A DNA stretch of 64,000 bases from a virus, in the IMG/VR virus record IMGVR_UViG_3300034072_001378, positions 35,659 to 99,658 of that record. One strand, given 5' to 3'. The notes under the pieces are model-generated. The model saw nothing but the letters and a program-made list of their open reading frames with translations. It did no database searches and was not told the origin of the DNA. Of the stretch, positions 1-10,272 are shown one piece after another. Every line of letters begins with the position of its first letter. Position 1 is the stretch's first letter. A program made the translations under genes and the position numbers.

Positions 1-13
1 TTCTTTTGCTTTT

Positions 14-469
14 GTGTATGGTGAAGATGTTGATACTTTAAACATAAAACAAAGACCTAATTTCTATGAAGATACTAGAATACCTGAACAGTACAGAGTA
101 AAAAATATTGATTATATGTACATAAATATGGATAAAGGACACATTCAATCTGATGCTAGTAATGATTATTCCGAAGCTTCATTGAAAGAAACTTATGCCC
201 TTTCCAATGTTGTTCCAATGTACCCAAGAACAAATAGAATAAGTTATCTGCACATTGAAAAAAGAGAAAGAGAATTAGCAAAAGAATTTGGTACTATAAA
301 AGCACTAACATTAGTAAACTATACAACGTCTAAGATTAATGATATGTTTATACCAAAGGATTTTATAAAAGTATTTTTCACTCAAGGCTATAGTGAATGC
401 TATAAAATACCAAATGACAATAATTCATACAAAATAGAACAAATGAAAATTAGTTGTTCTGAAATTTAA
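14..469 (+). CDS. DNA/RNA non-specific endonuclease (NUC/EndoG-like His-Me finger), probably 5'-truncated by window edge
   Basis: DKGH (DRGH-like) motif followed by ETYALSNVVPM and N..SY..IE; frame is open upstream to the window start. Confidence 0.7.
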   Translation: MYGEDVDTLNIKQRPNFYEDTRIPEQYRVKNIDYMYINMDKGHIQSDASNDYSEASLKETYALSNVVPMYPRTNRISYLHIEKRERELAKEFGTIKALTLVNYTTSKINDMFIPKDFIKVFFTQGYSECYKIPNDNNSYKIEQMKISCSEI

Positions 470-474
470 TTTTT

Positions 475-502
475 AAAAGCTAGATATTTTATCTAGCTTT
501 TT
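475..502 (+). terminator. Rho-independent terminator (repeat family member)
   Basis: aaaagctagat-atttt-atctagc followed by a T run, directly after the ORF stop; same stem at 1305, 11216, 41594. Confidence 0.8.
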
Positions 503-607
503 AGTTTAGAAGACAAAATTTAAAATATTTTTTATCTTAAATTTTGTCTTTAAGTTAAATTTTTCTTTTAAATTGTTTATAAATAATATTAAAAAGGAAT
601 TTTTAAA

Positions 608-1306
608 ATGTATAATTTTAATATAAATGACAATCCCGAATATGATTTAAATGCTTCATTAATTGATGAAACTATAAATCTTTATGGTATTCCAGTAAAA
701 TTTTTAGTAACAACAAAATTAAATTCAGATGATAATATTTTTGGTGATTATAGTTCAATAAAAACAGACAACTCAAAAATATTTGAAATATATGCAATGC
801 CTGAAAACACTGAATCTTGGGATAGTGCTGGATATAATTTTTCTGAATTTGGTATGTTAAATTTGGATGCTGTTGCTGTTTTTGTTTCTAAAAATACAGT
901 AGAAAATATTATGGAATTGGATTTTAAACAAATGTACAACAATTTAGTAGTTATGCCAAATAATAAAGTAATGGAAGTAACCGATGTACAATTTGAAGTT
1001 CCTGGTGTAAATAATTTATTTACATTTAAGAATGCAAAGTCTGTTTATAAATTAACATTAAAACCTTATGCATTAAAATTAACTGATGAAATTAATAGAC
1101 AAGATATTTCAATTGAAGATGGTGAAGATTATAGCACATTAGATAATTATTTTGATGAATTACTTGATAGAAAAACTGCTGTTGATACCGAAATGGAAAT
1201 AAATCCTAGTGTAGATACTATTATTAAAAGTGATCCTATAGATATTGTTCAAAAGAAACCATTTATTAATAAAACAGAAGATAGTATTTTTGGCGAATTT
1301 AGTTAA
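608..1306 (+). CDS. gp14: neck/head-completion protein, T4 gp14-like
   Basis: IDETINLYGIPVKFL N-terminal motif and size fit gp14 family; TATAAATA late promoter at 578-585. Confidence 0.6.
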   Translation: MYNFNINDNPEYDLNASLIDETINLYGIPVKFLVTTKLNSDDNIFGDYSSIKTDNSKIFEIYAMPENTESWDSAGYNFSEFGMLNLDAVAVFVSKNTVENIMELDFKQMYNNLVVMPNNKVMEVTDVQFEVPGVNNLFTFKNAKSVYKLTLKPYALKLTDEINRQDISIEDGEDYSTLDNYFDELLDRKTAVDTEMEINPSVDTIIKSDPIDIVQKKPFINKTEDSIFGEFS

Positions 1307-1332
1307 AGCTAGATATTTTATCTAGCTTTTTT
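1305..1332 (+). terminator. Rho-independent terminator (repeat family member)
   Basis: aaagctagat-atttt-atctagc plus T run. Confidence 0.8.
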
Positions 1333-1405
1333 AGTTTAGAAAACTTATTTAAGTTCAAAAATTTCTTTAAAATGTTTATAAATAATATTAAAAGGAAATT
1401 TTAAA

Positions 1406-1984
1406 ATGAAAAATACATTTTTAGATTATGTCAGTAGTATTAATGAATCTTCTTCAACAATCGTTTATCACGGTGATGATTTCAACACAACTAAATTAGA
1501 ACCTAAATGGATGCTGCACAAAGATAGTAACAACCAAGAAGGCGTTGGAATATATTTTTCAATTAGACCTGAAACAGCAAAATCTTATGGGAAGAATATA
1601 GTTGCTGCTGAAATAAATCATAAAAATTTTATTGATAGTAGATCAGAACTAGGGAAAATAAATTCAAAGAAAATTGTAAATCTAATGAAGTATTTACACA
1701 GTTTAGATAATGAACCTCTTTGGTATCTTTTAACTGATTATGGGTTTGAAGTTTATGAACCTGAAGATGTTGAAGATTGGCATTTTTTAGAATTGCACAA
1801 GAAAATGAAAACAGAACATATCAGAAATTTTCAAATCGAATTGGTTCAAAAATTTAATACTGAAGATTTTGTTAAAGCATGGAATAAGTTTGTAAAAATA
1901 GATGGTACATTTCAAAAACAACCAAATGGAGATGTGTGGTATGCTATTATAAATACAGATATAAAAGTTAGTAAATATAATTAA
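1406..1984 (+). CDS. putative internal head protein with ADP-ribosyltransferase-like fold
   Basis: VYHG...EGVGIYFS...AKSYG motif pattern; N-terminal FLDYV..INES leader; late promoter at 1377-1384. Confidence 0.5.
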   Translation: MKNTFLDYVSSINESSSTIVYHGDDFNTTKLEPKWMLHKDSNNQEGVGIYFSIRPETAKSYGKNIVAAEINHKNFIDSRSELGKINSKKIVNLMKYLHSLDNEPLWYLLTDYGFEVYEPEDVEDWHFLELHKKMKTEHIRNFQIELVQKFNTEDFVKAWNKFVKIDGTFQKQPNGDVWYAIINTDIKVSKYN

Positions 1985-1985
1985 C

Positions 1986-2477
1986 TTACTTCAATTCTTT
2001 TTCTGTAAGAATTATGAATTTCATTCCTTTTTCTTTACAGAACTCTTCACAAGCTTTCCACTTTGCTGAATTCACAAGCCATGTTTGGTAAGCTTTCTGA
2101 TAATTTAAAATAGCCTTTTGAGTTTTCTTAGAAGGCTTTTTTGGTTCTACAGTTTCACCGCTACTTTTTATTTCTACTAAAAATTTTTGATTATTTTCAA
2201 ATTCAATAAACATATCAACAAAATATCTATGGATCTTTCCTGTGGTAGGTTTTAGATATCTAACTGCAAAAGGTTCAAGGCTCCACTTTTTAATGAATTT
2301 ATTCATATCGCAGTACTTTATTGCTTTTAATTCCAAACCTGACTTATAATTTATTTCTAAATTTTCACCATTTCTTCTTACAGATTTCATAACAGAATTA
2401 CTTTCATTTGTTTGCATAATGAATTTTTTAGTATTTAGTACAGTGTACCAACCTTGTTTAGCTGAATTATAAGCCAT
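1986..2477 (-). CDS. gp4: head completion nuclease, T4 gp4-like (TnsA-type endonuclease)
   Basis: YKSGLELK..YCD.N..I.KWSLE, HRYFVDM and LVEIK motifs, W.VN.AKW.A C-terminus. Confidence 0.85.
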   Translation of the reverse strand: MAYNSAKQGWYTVLNTKKFIMQTNESNSVMKSVRRNGENLEINYKSGLELKAIKYCDMNKFIKKWSLEPFAVRYLKPTTGKIHRYFVDMFIEFENNQKFLVEIKSSGETVEPKKPSKKTQKAILNYQKAYQTWLVNSAKWKACEEFCKEKGMKFIILTEKELK

Positions 2478-2505
2478 TATTTACTCCTAAAGTTCAAAAA
2501 ATCTT

Positions 2506-3201
2506 TTAAATTTTATTCTTAATTAACCAATACATTCCAATATATTTTCTTAATTTGTTATCAACAATAAAACCATTTCTTTCTAATTTTTCAATTATAT
2601 CTGATATTTTACCAGATGTATTATTTTTAACTTCTGAATAAGCATAAGCCATTTTCTCATAAACTGTATTATACAAATAATCATTATATATCTTTATATT
2701 TTTAAGTCTTAATTTATTCCATTCTTGCATAGATTCTTTTGTGTTTGTATTAAACAATTCTATTAATTTTTTCTCATTTGTATTTATTTGATTTACTATT
2801 TTTTCAGTTTGTTCAAAATAAGCATTTGAGTGTTTATGTTGAATTTTGTGTACCATTTCATGACCAATCATTGCTTCTATTTCGGGTAACTTATCATTTT
2901 TAGAATAATATACTGTTATTTGATCATTTTTCTTATCATAATGTCCACTCAATTTACTTTTATTGTCATATATGAATTTTATATTAATTTTTTTAAATTG
3001 TTTATTTAATTCATCTTCATCATATGTTTGTATTTTTATTTTTTCTGGTTCAATAACTGCTTCACACAAAAACATATTAAAATGCATAATATTATCATTG
3101 TGTGCATTTATTCTTGCTATCTCATTTTCAACTTCTATTAATTGAATAAAATATTTTCCGTTTTCTTCTTTTATTTTTAACCATTCTTTAAATGACATCA
3201 C
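2506..3201 (-). CDS. putative internal head protein with HEXXH zincin-like motif
   Basis: MMSFKEWL leader; IGHEMVHKIQ motif. Confidence 0.5.
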   Translation of the reverse strand: MMSFKEWLKIKEENGKYFIQLIEVENEIARINAHNDNIMHFNMFLCEAVIEPEKIKIQTYDEDELNKQFKKINIKFIYDNKSKLSGHYDKKNDQITVYYSKNDKLPEIEAMIGHEMVHKIQHKHSNAYFEQTEKIVNQINTNEKKLIELFNTNTKESMQEWNKLRLKNIKIYNDYLYNTVYEKMAYAYSEVKNNTSGKISDIIEKLERNGFIVDNKLRKYIGMYWLIKNKI

Positions 3202-3285
3202 TTTTATTCCTTTTTTAAATATTTATATTAAAAATTTTTTAAATTCAAATAGTTTAGAATATAAATAATTAAAAAAGGAATAAAA

Positions 3286-4761
3286 ATGGCAAATTTTTTA
3301 ACAGAAGTTCTAAAGCCTTTTCTTAAAAATGATAAGAAACCAGAGCTTTCTAGCCAAGTTGAACCACAAAATATAATAAATGACCTTGGTTCAGATTATT
3401 ATCATACATCAGGGAGTTTCTTTGATAGTACATCAAATTATTTAGGTAAATCAGAGCAAATTGATAATACATTCAGACAAGCAGAAAAGATTAAAAAATA
3501 TCGTTCACTAGCAACAATACCAGATGTAAATGATGGTTTAGATGAAATAACAAATGAAATTATTTTTTCTTTAGGTAAAGAACCACCAGTAAAAATTGAT
3601 ATAAATCAAGATAATAAACAACTTAAGGAAGCGATTGAAGAAAAATTTAAAGATATTCTTAAAAAGATGAATATTCGAAGAAATTTTTTTAGCATTGTAA
3701 AAAAATCATATATTGATGGTCAATTAAAAATTCACTTAGGATATAATGAAAAAACAAGAACAATTGATTCCATTAAAATGATCGACCCTTGTATGTTAGT
3801 ATATAACCCAGAAACAGAATTATATAGATATGTACAAGATAATTCTCAAATGTTCAGACAACAGGAAGAAATAACTTATTCAAGAGAAGAAATAGTTCAT
3901 AGTGATTTTGGTTTATATGAAAATGGTATTATTTTAAGTTATCTTGAATATGCTATAAAACCAGCAAATATGTTAAAAACATTAGAAGATTTACTTATTC
4001 CTATGAGATTTTCAAGAAGCATCTCAAGAAGAGTTTTCAATGTCGATATTGGGGACCTTCCGAATAAAAGAGGTCTTGAGGTTATGAATGAATATCAAAT
4101 GAAATTCAAATATAAAAAATTCTATAATACGGAAACTGGAGAAGTAACAAATCAACAACATATCACAAGTATGGTTGAAGATTATTGGTTTGCTAATAGA
4201 AGTGGTGGTAAAGGAACAACAGTTGAAACTATTGATGAAACTGGAAATCTTGGAGAACTTGGGGATATTTTATATTTTTATAAGAAATTATATAAAAGTA
4301 TGAAAATACCAATGTCTAGAATTTCAATGGATCCAGATTCAGATGGAACATTTAATTATGAAAGCACTGAAACATCAAAAGAGGATTTAAAATTCTTTAT
4401 GTTCATTAGTAGATGCAGAATTGTGTATTCTGAGGCTTTAAAAGAAATTTTAAAAAGAGAATGTATTTATTCTAAAATTATTAAAGATGAAAAAGAATGG
4501 GAGAGTATAGAAGATGATATCGATGTTTATTTTACAAATGATAATACGTTTATAGATAAAATGAATCTTGATAATTTCATTAAAAGGGTTGAAATATTTA
4601 CTGGTTTACAAGAACAACAGGGAAAATTATTTCCAGTCGAAAAAGTTCTTAAAGATATATTTAAAATGGATGATGAAGAAATTAAAGATAATTTTGAAGC
4701 TATTGAAAAAGAAAGATCAAATAAACTATATGCTAAATTTTATGAAACACAAGATGAATAA
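3286..4761 (+). CDS. gp20: portal vertex protein
   Basis: LEDLLIPMRFSRSISRRVFNVDIGDLP, MVEDYWF..RSGGKGT, YFYKKLYKSMKIPMSR motifs; late promoter 3260-3267. Confidence 0.95.
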   Translation: MANFLTEVLKPFLKNDKKPELSSQVEPQNIINDLGSDYYHTSGSFFDSTSNYLGKSEQIDNTFRQAEKIKKYRSLATIPDVNDGLDEITNEIIFSLGKEPPVKIDINQDNKQLKEAIEEKFKDILKKMNIRRNFFSIVKKSYIDGQLKIHLGYNEKTRTIDSIKMIDPCMLVYNPETELYRYVQDNSQMFRQQEEITYSREEIVHSDFGLYENGIILSYLEYAIKPANMLKTLEDLLIPMRFSRSISRRVFNVDIGDLPNKRGLEVMNEYQMKFKYKKFYNTETGEVTNQQHITSMVEDYWFANRSGGKGTTVETIDETGNLGELGDILYFYKKLYKSMKIPMSRISMDPDSDGTFNYESTETSKEDLKFFMFISRCRIVYSEALKEILKRECIYSKIIKDEKEWESIEDDIDVYFTNDNTFIDKMNLDNFIKRVEIFTGLQEQQGKLFPVEKVLKDIFKMDDEEIKDNFEAIEKERSNKLYAKFYETQDE

Positions 4762-4763
4762 CA

Positions 4764-5270
4764 ATGGGAGCATTTAGAGATTATTTAGAAAGTTTAGGTA
4801 AGTTAGAATACCTAAACGAAATTCACAGAACTGGCTCAAGTTCTTCTAGAGATGAATATTCAGGTGAAATGCATTTCAATAGATTAAAAGATAAGCTTAA
4901 ATTAATAAGATCAAATAATGATTATAATTTGTTTAAATTCAAAGATTATTTATTCTTAGTTAAAGATAATGAATATGTTGCTTATTTAGATGGAATAACT
5001 GATTATTTACTTTCTAAAAAAGCATTCTATATTTCTGTTATGCATTCTAAAGAAAGAGGTGCTATGGAGATTATTTACTCTTTGATGAAATCAGCTGGTT
5101 ATAAATATATTGTATCAGATATTCTTAATTCAGATGATGCAATTAAACATTTGGAAAAATCAATGAAGAAATATAAATACTTTGGAATTGATTATAAAGA
5201 TGAAATTGTAAAAGTTTCAGATGAAGAGCTATTAAATAACCCAGATTATAGAATAGTTTTTGAATTATAA
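4764..5270 (+). CDS. putative internal head protein, possible GNAT-like fold
   Basis: MGAFRDYLE...YLNE leader; V.HS..RG...IY..M...IVSD...S..A pattern. Confidence 0.45.
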   Translation: MGAFRDYLESLGKLEYLNEIHRTGSSSSRDEYSGEMHFNRLKDKLKLIRSNNDYNLFKFKDYLFLVKDNEYVAYLDGITDYLLSKKAFYISVMHSKERGAMEIIYSLMKSAGYKYIVSDILNSDDAIKHLEKSMKKYKYFGIDYKDEIVKVSDEELLNNPDYRIVFEL

Positions 5271-5292
5271 ATAATATAAAAAGGAGAATTAA

Positions 5293-5682
5293 ATGCAAAC
5301 ATTTAGAGAATGGTTAGCAGAAAAAGAGTTAAATGAAGCAAAAGACCAAGATATTATAAAATTAGATAATATGGGTGATTTTATAATCGATAGTTCCAGA
5401 GGAGCTGAACATTATAATACTAAATTACAAATATATAAGAAAGTTTTTGGAAAGACTAAAGTTGAAGAAGGTCATTGGTTTAAAATAATACGTTATAAAG
5501 GATCAGATGGAAAATTTCGTAAAGAAGATTGTGTTATTAGAGACTGGCTTGATGAAGACGCGGTAATCGTAAACAGTAAAGAAAGAAGTATTAGACCAAC
5601 GTTGTATGTAAGAAATAAAGGCGCATACGAAAATGGAGAATTCCCTCAAAAATATAAAGAATTCGAATTCCCAAGAAAATAA
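5293..5682 (+). CDS. putative internal head protein
   Basis: MQTFREWLAEKELNEA leader; aggag RBS; late promoter 5266-5273. Confidence 0.55.
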   Translation: MQTFREWLAEKELNEAKDQDIIKLDNMGDFIIDSSRGAEHYNTKLQIYKKVFGKTKVEEGHWFKIIRYKGSDGKFRKEDCVIRDWLDEDAVIVNSKERSIRPTLYVRNKGAYENGEFPQKYKEFEFPRK

Positions 5683-5809
5683 TTAGATTTAAATGAAGCT
5701 TCTAAATTAGATGTAAATTTTTTAAAAGAAAATACTTGGTATAAACCTAAAAAAACATATAAAATATTATTATAATACCTTTGTCATAACGGTTAGATCT
5801 AAATAATTA

Positions 5810-5915
5810 ATCTTCAGACCGAAATGTCTATAAACTACTAATTGAAGATATACATTATATCATTTAAATTCTGATTTAAGATATCAACTCCGAAATGAGT
5901 ATAAACTAATCTTAA
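5810..5915 (+). ncRNA. two tandem copies of an unnamed stem-loop motif (4-bp stem, CGAAAT loop, ATAAACTA) upstream of the sheath gene
   Basis: agac-cgaaat-gtct-ataaacta and actc-cgaaat-gagt-ataaacta, each inside an outer stem; third copy at 9206-9227. Confidence 0.45.
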
Positions 5916-6086
5916 AAAAATTTAGCTAAACTTTTTTGAAAAAGAACTAAAGCAGTACTAAATAGGTTCGTCCATTTAGTTTAATTAAGATTTCCAACTT
6001 AATTATAAATTGCAATGTTTTTCTGAGTGCAAAAGAACAAAGTTCTATGCATAAACAGAAAGTAAAGCTTAAAAAGGAGAATTAAA

Positions 6087-7514
6087 ATGGCAGAAATGTT
6101 GTCACCAGGCGTATATATCACGGAAATTGACGCAAGTCAAATCGTACCAACAGTTTCAAATTCAGTTGCAGTGTTCAGTGGGAATTTCCATCAGGGTCCT
6201 GTTAATAAGTATCAAATTATAACATCAGTAGATGAATTAATTACATATTATGGAAAACCTTCTAACACAAATTATAATGATTGGTATCAGGTTTACAATT
6301 ACCTACAATATTCTAATAAATTGCTAATATCAAGAGCTGCTAATACAGGTGGAACAAATACACCAATAAGTGGTGTTGTAACTTCAGAGGAAATCTTAGA
6401 AAACACAACAGATACATTTATTGTTGCAGAAACAACTGAAATAAAAGCAAATGATCTTATTAGTTTAGGCGACGATAACCTTAATTTTTACTTTGTAAAA
6501 TCAGTTACTACTGATTCATTGGCAGGAGAAACAACAATCGTTCTAGATAGACAAATCGAAACAGATTTTATTGCAGGAACAACAGTTAATTCTTATAAAG
6601 CACATATGAATGGTGTTGCAGAAGCTTTAAAAGAATCTTCAACAGCAGTTATAACAGATGATATGTACTACGGTAAATATTTAGTTATTGAAAATTCAGA
6701 TGATTATGAAATGAAAGAAACATCGTTAGCATTTGTTAACAACGATTCTAAAATCAAAATTATCGCAAAAAATCCAGGTAAATGGTCAGAAAAATTAGAA
6801 ATTGCAATTGCAAAACCTAGTGATTTTGGTGCAAGTAAAAAAGTATTTGATGGTATCTCTTTAGATGACCTTTATGAATACAGACCAACTGGTACTCAAG
6901 TAGGTATTGTTATAAGATATGAGGAAGAAATTAAAGAAATCTTTACAGTTGATTTTGATATGAACGCAAAAGATATTAATAACAAAAGTACTTATATTGA
7001 AACAGTTATTAATGGTTCAAGTTCTTACATTTATATTAAAGATAATGTAGATGTTACAGAAGATATTAAATCATATATCTTTGATGAAGAAGGAACAATT
7101 GAATTAGTACTTGGAAGAGACTCAGATATTCAAGCTGATGATTTATTAACAGCTTACGAAGTTTGGTCAAATAAAGAAGAAATTGAAATTGATATAATTA
7201 TCGCGAATGAGTTAGATAGCGGTGTAAGTGCGAAAAACCTTGCAGAAGCTAGAAAAGACTGTATAGCGTTTGTTGGAGCTGGGTATTCTGACACTGTTGG
7301 TAAAAAAAGTTCAGATGCGGTTGCTAAACTTATTGAATGGAGAACTACTGGTTCTTTAAATTTTAATAGTATGTTTGTTGCAGCATTCGCGAACTATAAG
7401 TACCAATATGATAGATACTCGGACAAGAACAGATGGGTAAACATCGCTGGCGATTGTGCCGGATTAAGGTCGGCAACAAATACAGACAGAGCTTCGTGGT
7501 GGGCAAGTGCAGGT
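6087..7514 (+). CDS. gp18: tail sheath protein, exon 1 of 6 (join 6087-7514, 7858-7923, 9406-9564, 9859-9974, 10273-10330, 10680-10775; 640 aa)
   Basis: LSPGVYITEID N-terminus, YQYDRYSDKNRWV...GDCAGL, ends WWASAG immediately before intron 1. Confidence 0.95.
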
Positions 7515-7857
7515 TAGAGATTTTCTAGGCCTGTTTATAAAATTAGAAATTTTATAATGGAATTCTTTTAATTGCTGGAACATCCTTAGAGTTGAATTAT
7601 AAGTTTGAAATTTATTTTAAATTTTAAACCCATGAACAAGATTCAAATTGGACAATCAGCAGCTAAGACATATATTAAATATGTAAAGTTCAGAGACTAT
7701 CCCAAAATGGGAGTACACTTATAGTTATAAAATTAAGTGGAAAAGGAGAACATCTTAAAAATTAAATGTTTAAGATGAAGATATAGTCCAATCTATATAG
7801 AAATATGTAGTTGTTTATAAACAACATATAAAGTAACGACTTATATGAAATATAATG
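7515..7857 (+). ncRNA. group I intron 1 (IA-like, no ORF) in tail sheath gene
   Basis: P1 gcaggU pairs with gcctgt (U-G at splice site); P aattgctggaa, Q aatcagcagc, R ttcagagacta, S aagatatagtc; ends in G. Confidence 0.92.
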
Positions 7858-7923
7858 CTAGAAAGAGGACAAGTTAAAAATGTAATTAAACTTGCTTTCA
7901 ATCCTGTACAGGCCATGAGAGAT
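7858..7923 (+). CDS. gp18: tail sheath exon 2 (LERGQVKNVIKLAFNPVQAMRD)
   Basis: continues the conserved W.S.AG-L.RG....KLA.NP....RD sheath motif. Confidence 0.93.
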
Positions 7924-9405
7924 TAAAAAAAATTATATAAATAAATTATATTTAATATAAGAAAGTCTCGGTAAAAAAGTAATTTTTTACAAAAATAAAT
8001 TTATCTAATTGCTGGAACATCCTTAGAGTTGAATTATAAGTTTTAATTTAAAAATTAGAACCCATGAACAAGATTCAAATTGGACAATCAGCAGCTAAGA
8101 ATTATTACATTTTTATATTAAAATTCGGAACTTTAATATAAGGAAAAATATATGAAACAAAAAATTAAACAATTAATAGAAAATTTTATACAAAATACCA
8201 ACAATATTGCTACTTTAAATAGTAGAACATTATTTGTTCGAGAAAATATGGAAGAAATTAAGAAATTAACTGATTTCTTACCAGAAAATTCTAAAGTAAA
8301 TGAAAGATTATATTTAATATATAATGAAATTTTTACTTTAGAAGAAATAAAATGTCCAATGTGTAATAACAATAAAAAATTTTATACATTTACAAGTGGA
8401 TATAATCTTTGTTGTTCTCGATCTTGCGCGACTAAATATCAACAAAACTTTTTAATTTCTAAAGAACAAAAAGAAATAATTTACAAAAAACGAACAGAAA
8501 ATAACCGTAAAAAACCAAAAGAAGTTTTAAGGGCTGAAGCAGACAAAAGAATAAAAACAACAATTGAAAGATATGGTGAGAATGCATTCTCACTTATAAG
8601 TAAAAAAGGTCATCAAACTAAATTAAAAAATGGTAATTATGTTGCGCCTTGGACAATTTTAAAAAATAATAACCCAATAAAATGGAAAGAAATGCATTTT
8701 AAAGCAGCTGAAACTATGAAAAATGACATAGATGAAAATGGTAATAATCATTATGATAGAGTTCATATAAAGAAATTAACAGTGTTAGATGAGAATGGAT
8801 TAAATAAATCAAAGAGTACATCTAAAACACTTAAGTAATATAGACGAGAACGGGAATAATTATTACGAAAGAAGAAATTTAAAGAACTATGAAACAGGTG
8901 TTTGGACTAAACCAGAAGACAAAACATTATTAGAACAATATAAAATAAAGGTTTAAAAGTTCATGTATAAATTTAAGGAAGAAATTAAACAATTAAAAAA
9001 TTTTGAATTAAGAGGTAGAACATCCGAAAATGGTTATCACTTGGATCATAAATTTTCCATTAAAGAAGGGTTTAACCAAAAGATTGATCCCGAAATAATT
9101 GGTCATATTTGTAATTTAGAAATGATTCCTGGTGAAATAAATCAATCAAAAATAGAAAATGCAGTATAGAATTAAACTCATTAATAAATGATATAAATAA
9201 TTACAACACCGAAAAGTGTATAAACTAAAATGTAATAATTAAAGTTCAACGACTATCACATAATGTGAGTACTGGGCAAGTGCCCGGGAAATGGTAGACA
9301 CCCTTTGTTCCGAAATATTAAAGGGTGAAGATATAGTCTAATCTATATAGAAATATATAGCAGTGAAAACGATTTAAGTTTAACGAGCTTAAATGAATAT
9401 AAATG
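7924..9405 (+). ncRNA. group I intron 2, carrying a degenerate HNH endonuclease ORF in the P6 loop region
   Basis: P1 gagaU pairs with agtctc (U-G); P/Q at 8007-8097, R gttcaacgacta ~9244, S aagatatagtc ~9329; ends in G at 9405. Confidence 0.92.
8152..9228 (+). pseudogene. intron-encoded HNH homing endonuclease, disrupted
   Basis: CPMC..CSRSC zinc motif, IDENGNN repeats, YHLDHKFS...IGHICNLEMIPGEINQSK HNH core; frameshift ~8810, in-frame TAA ~8953, second frameshift ~9155. Confidence 0.75.
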
Positions 9406-9564
9406 TTCTTATACAAAAACGGGTTAAATCCAATTGTAAGCTTTCCTGCTCAGGGTACTGTGGTATGGGGGCAAAAGGTGCTTTTAGATAAAGCAAGTTC
9501 TTTTGACCGTATAAATGTGCGAGGTCTTTTTAATACTTTAGAAAGATCATTAGCAAAAATGGCT
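9406..9564 (+). CDS. gp18: tail sheath exon 3 (FLYKNGLNPIV...DRINVRGLF...AKMA)
   Basis: LY..G.NP.V, WGQK.L, FDRINVR.LF sheath motifs. Confidence 0.95.
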
Positions 9565-9858
9565 AAAATATTTGGCCCTTTCAGAAGAGATTCTGAAATG
9601 AAAAACCTTTTAATTGCTGGGAACTCTAAGTCTTATTGAAAATAAGATATGACAATCAGCAGCCAAGGTTCAAATAGAAATTAATTTGAACAAGGTTCAA
9701 CGACTATCCAGAGATGGAGTACACTCAAGTGAGTGGAAATGGAGGTTACCTATAAAGGTAAAGATATAGTCTGAACTGTTTAGAAATAAACAGCTAATTT
9801 TAAAAATTTTATATTTTAAAATAGATTTAAGTTTAACGAGCTTAAATAAACATATTTG
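9565..9858 (+). ncRNA. group I intron 3 (no ORF)
   Basis: P1 ggcU/aaa pairs with tttggcc (U-G); P,Q,R,S elements present; ends in G at 9858. Confidence 0.92.
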
Positions 9859-9974
9859 AAGTATCAAGTAATGGAGTTTAACGACAACTTCACAAGAAAC
9901 AGGATTATAAGCATGATTAAGCCGTTCTTGTCTTCGGTACAGGCTGGAAGAGGTATAGCCGACTTCTTGGTGAT
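9859..9974 (+). CDS. gp18: tail sheath exon 4 (KYQVMEFNDNFTR...GRGIADFLV)
   Basis: EFND.FTR and RGI.DF.V sheath motifs; phase-2 junction AT|A gives Ile. Confidence 0.93.
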
Positions 9975-10272
9975 TAATCAATAGTCACCTTTTATTGGAA
10001 ACAATAAAATAAAAAAGTTCTTTAATTGCTGGGAACTCTAAGTCTTATTGAAAATAAGATATGACAATCAGCAGCCAAGGTTCAATATTTTATATTTGAA
10101 CAAGGTTCAACGACTATCCAGAGATGGAGTACACTCAAGTGAGTGGAAATGGGAACTAACCTTTGTCTCAAACTTTTAATTTAAAAGAAAGGTTAAAGAT
10201 ATAGTCTAGACTATATAGAAATATATAGCAGTGAAAACGGTTATAGATTAACGACCTATAATGAATAAATCG
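9975..10272 (+). ncRNA. group I intron 4 (no ORF)
   Basis: P1 ggtgaU pairs with gtcacc (U-G); P,Q,R,S elements present; ends in G at 10272. Confidence 0.92.

Noticed and set aside
9403-9639. 78-aa ORF as a stand-alone gene
   Set aside because: It is sheath exon 3 plus read-through into intron 3; its ATG uses the intron 2 terminal G
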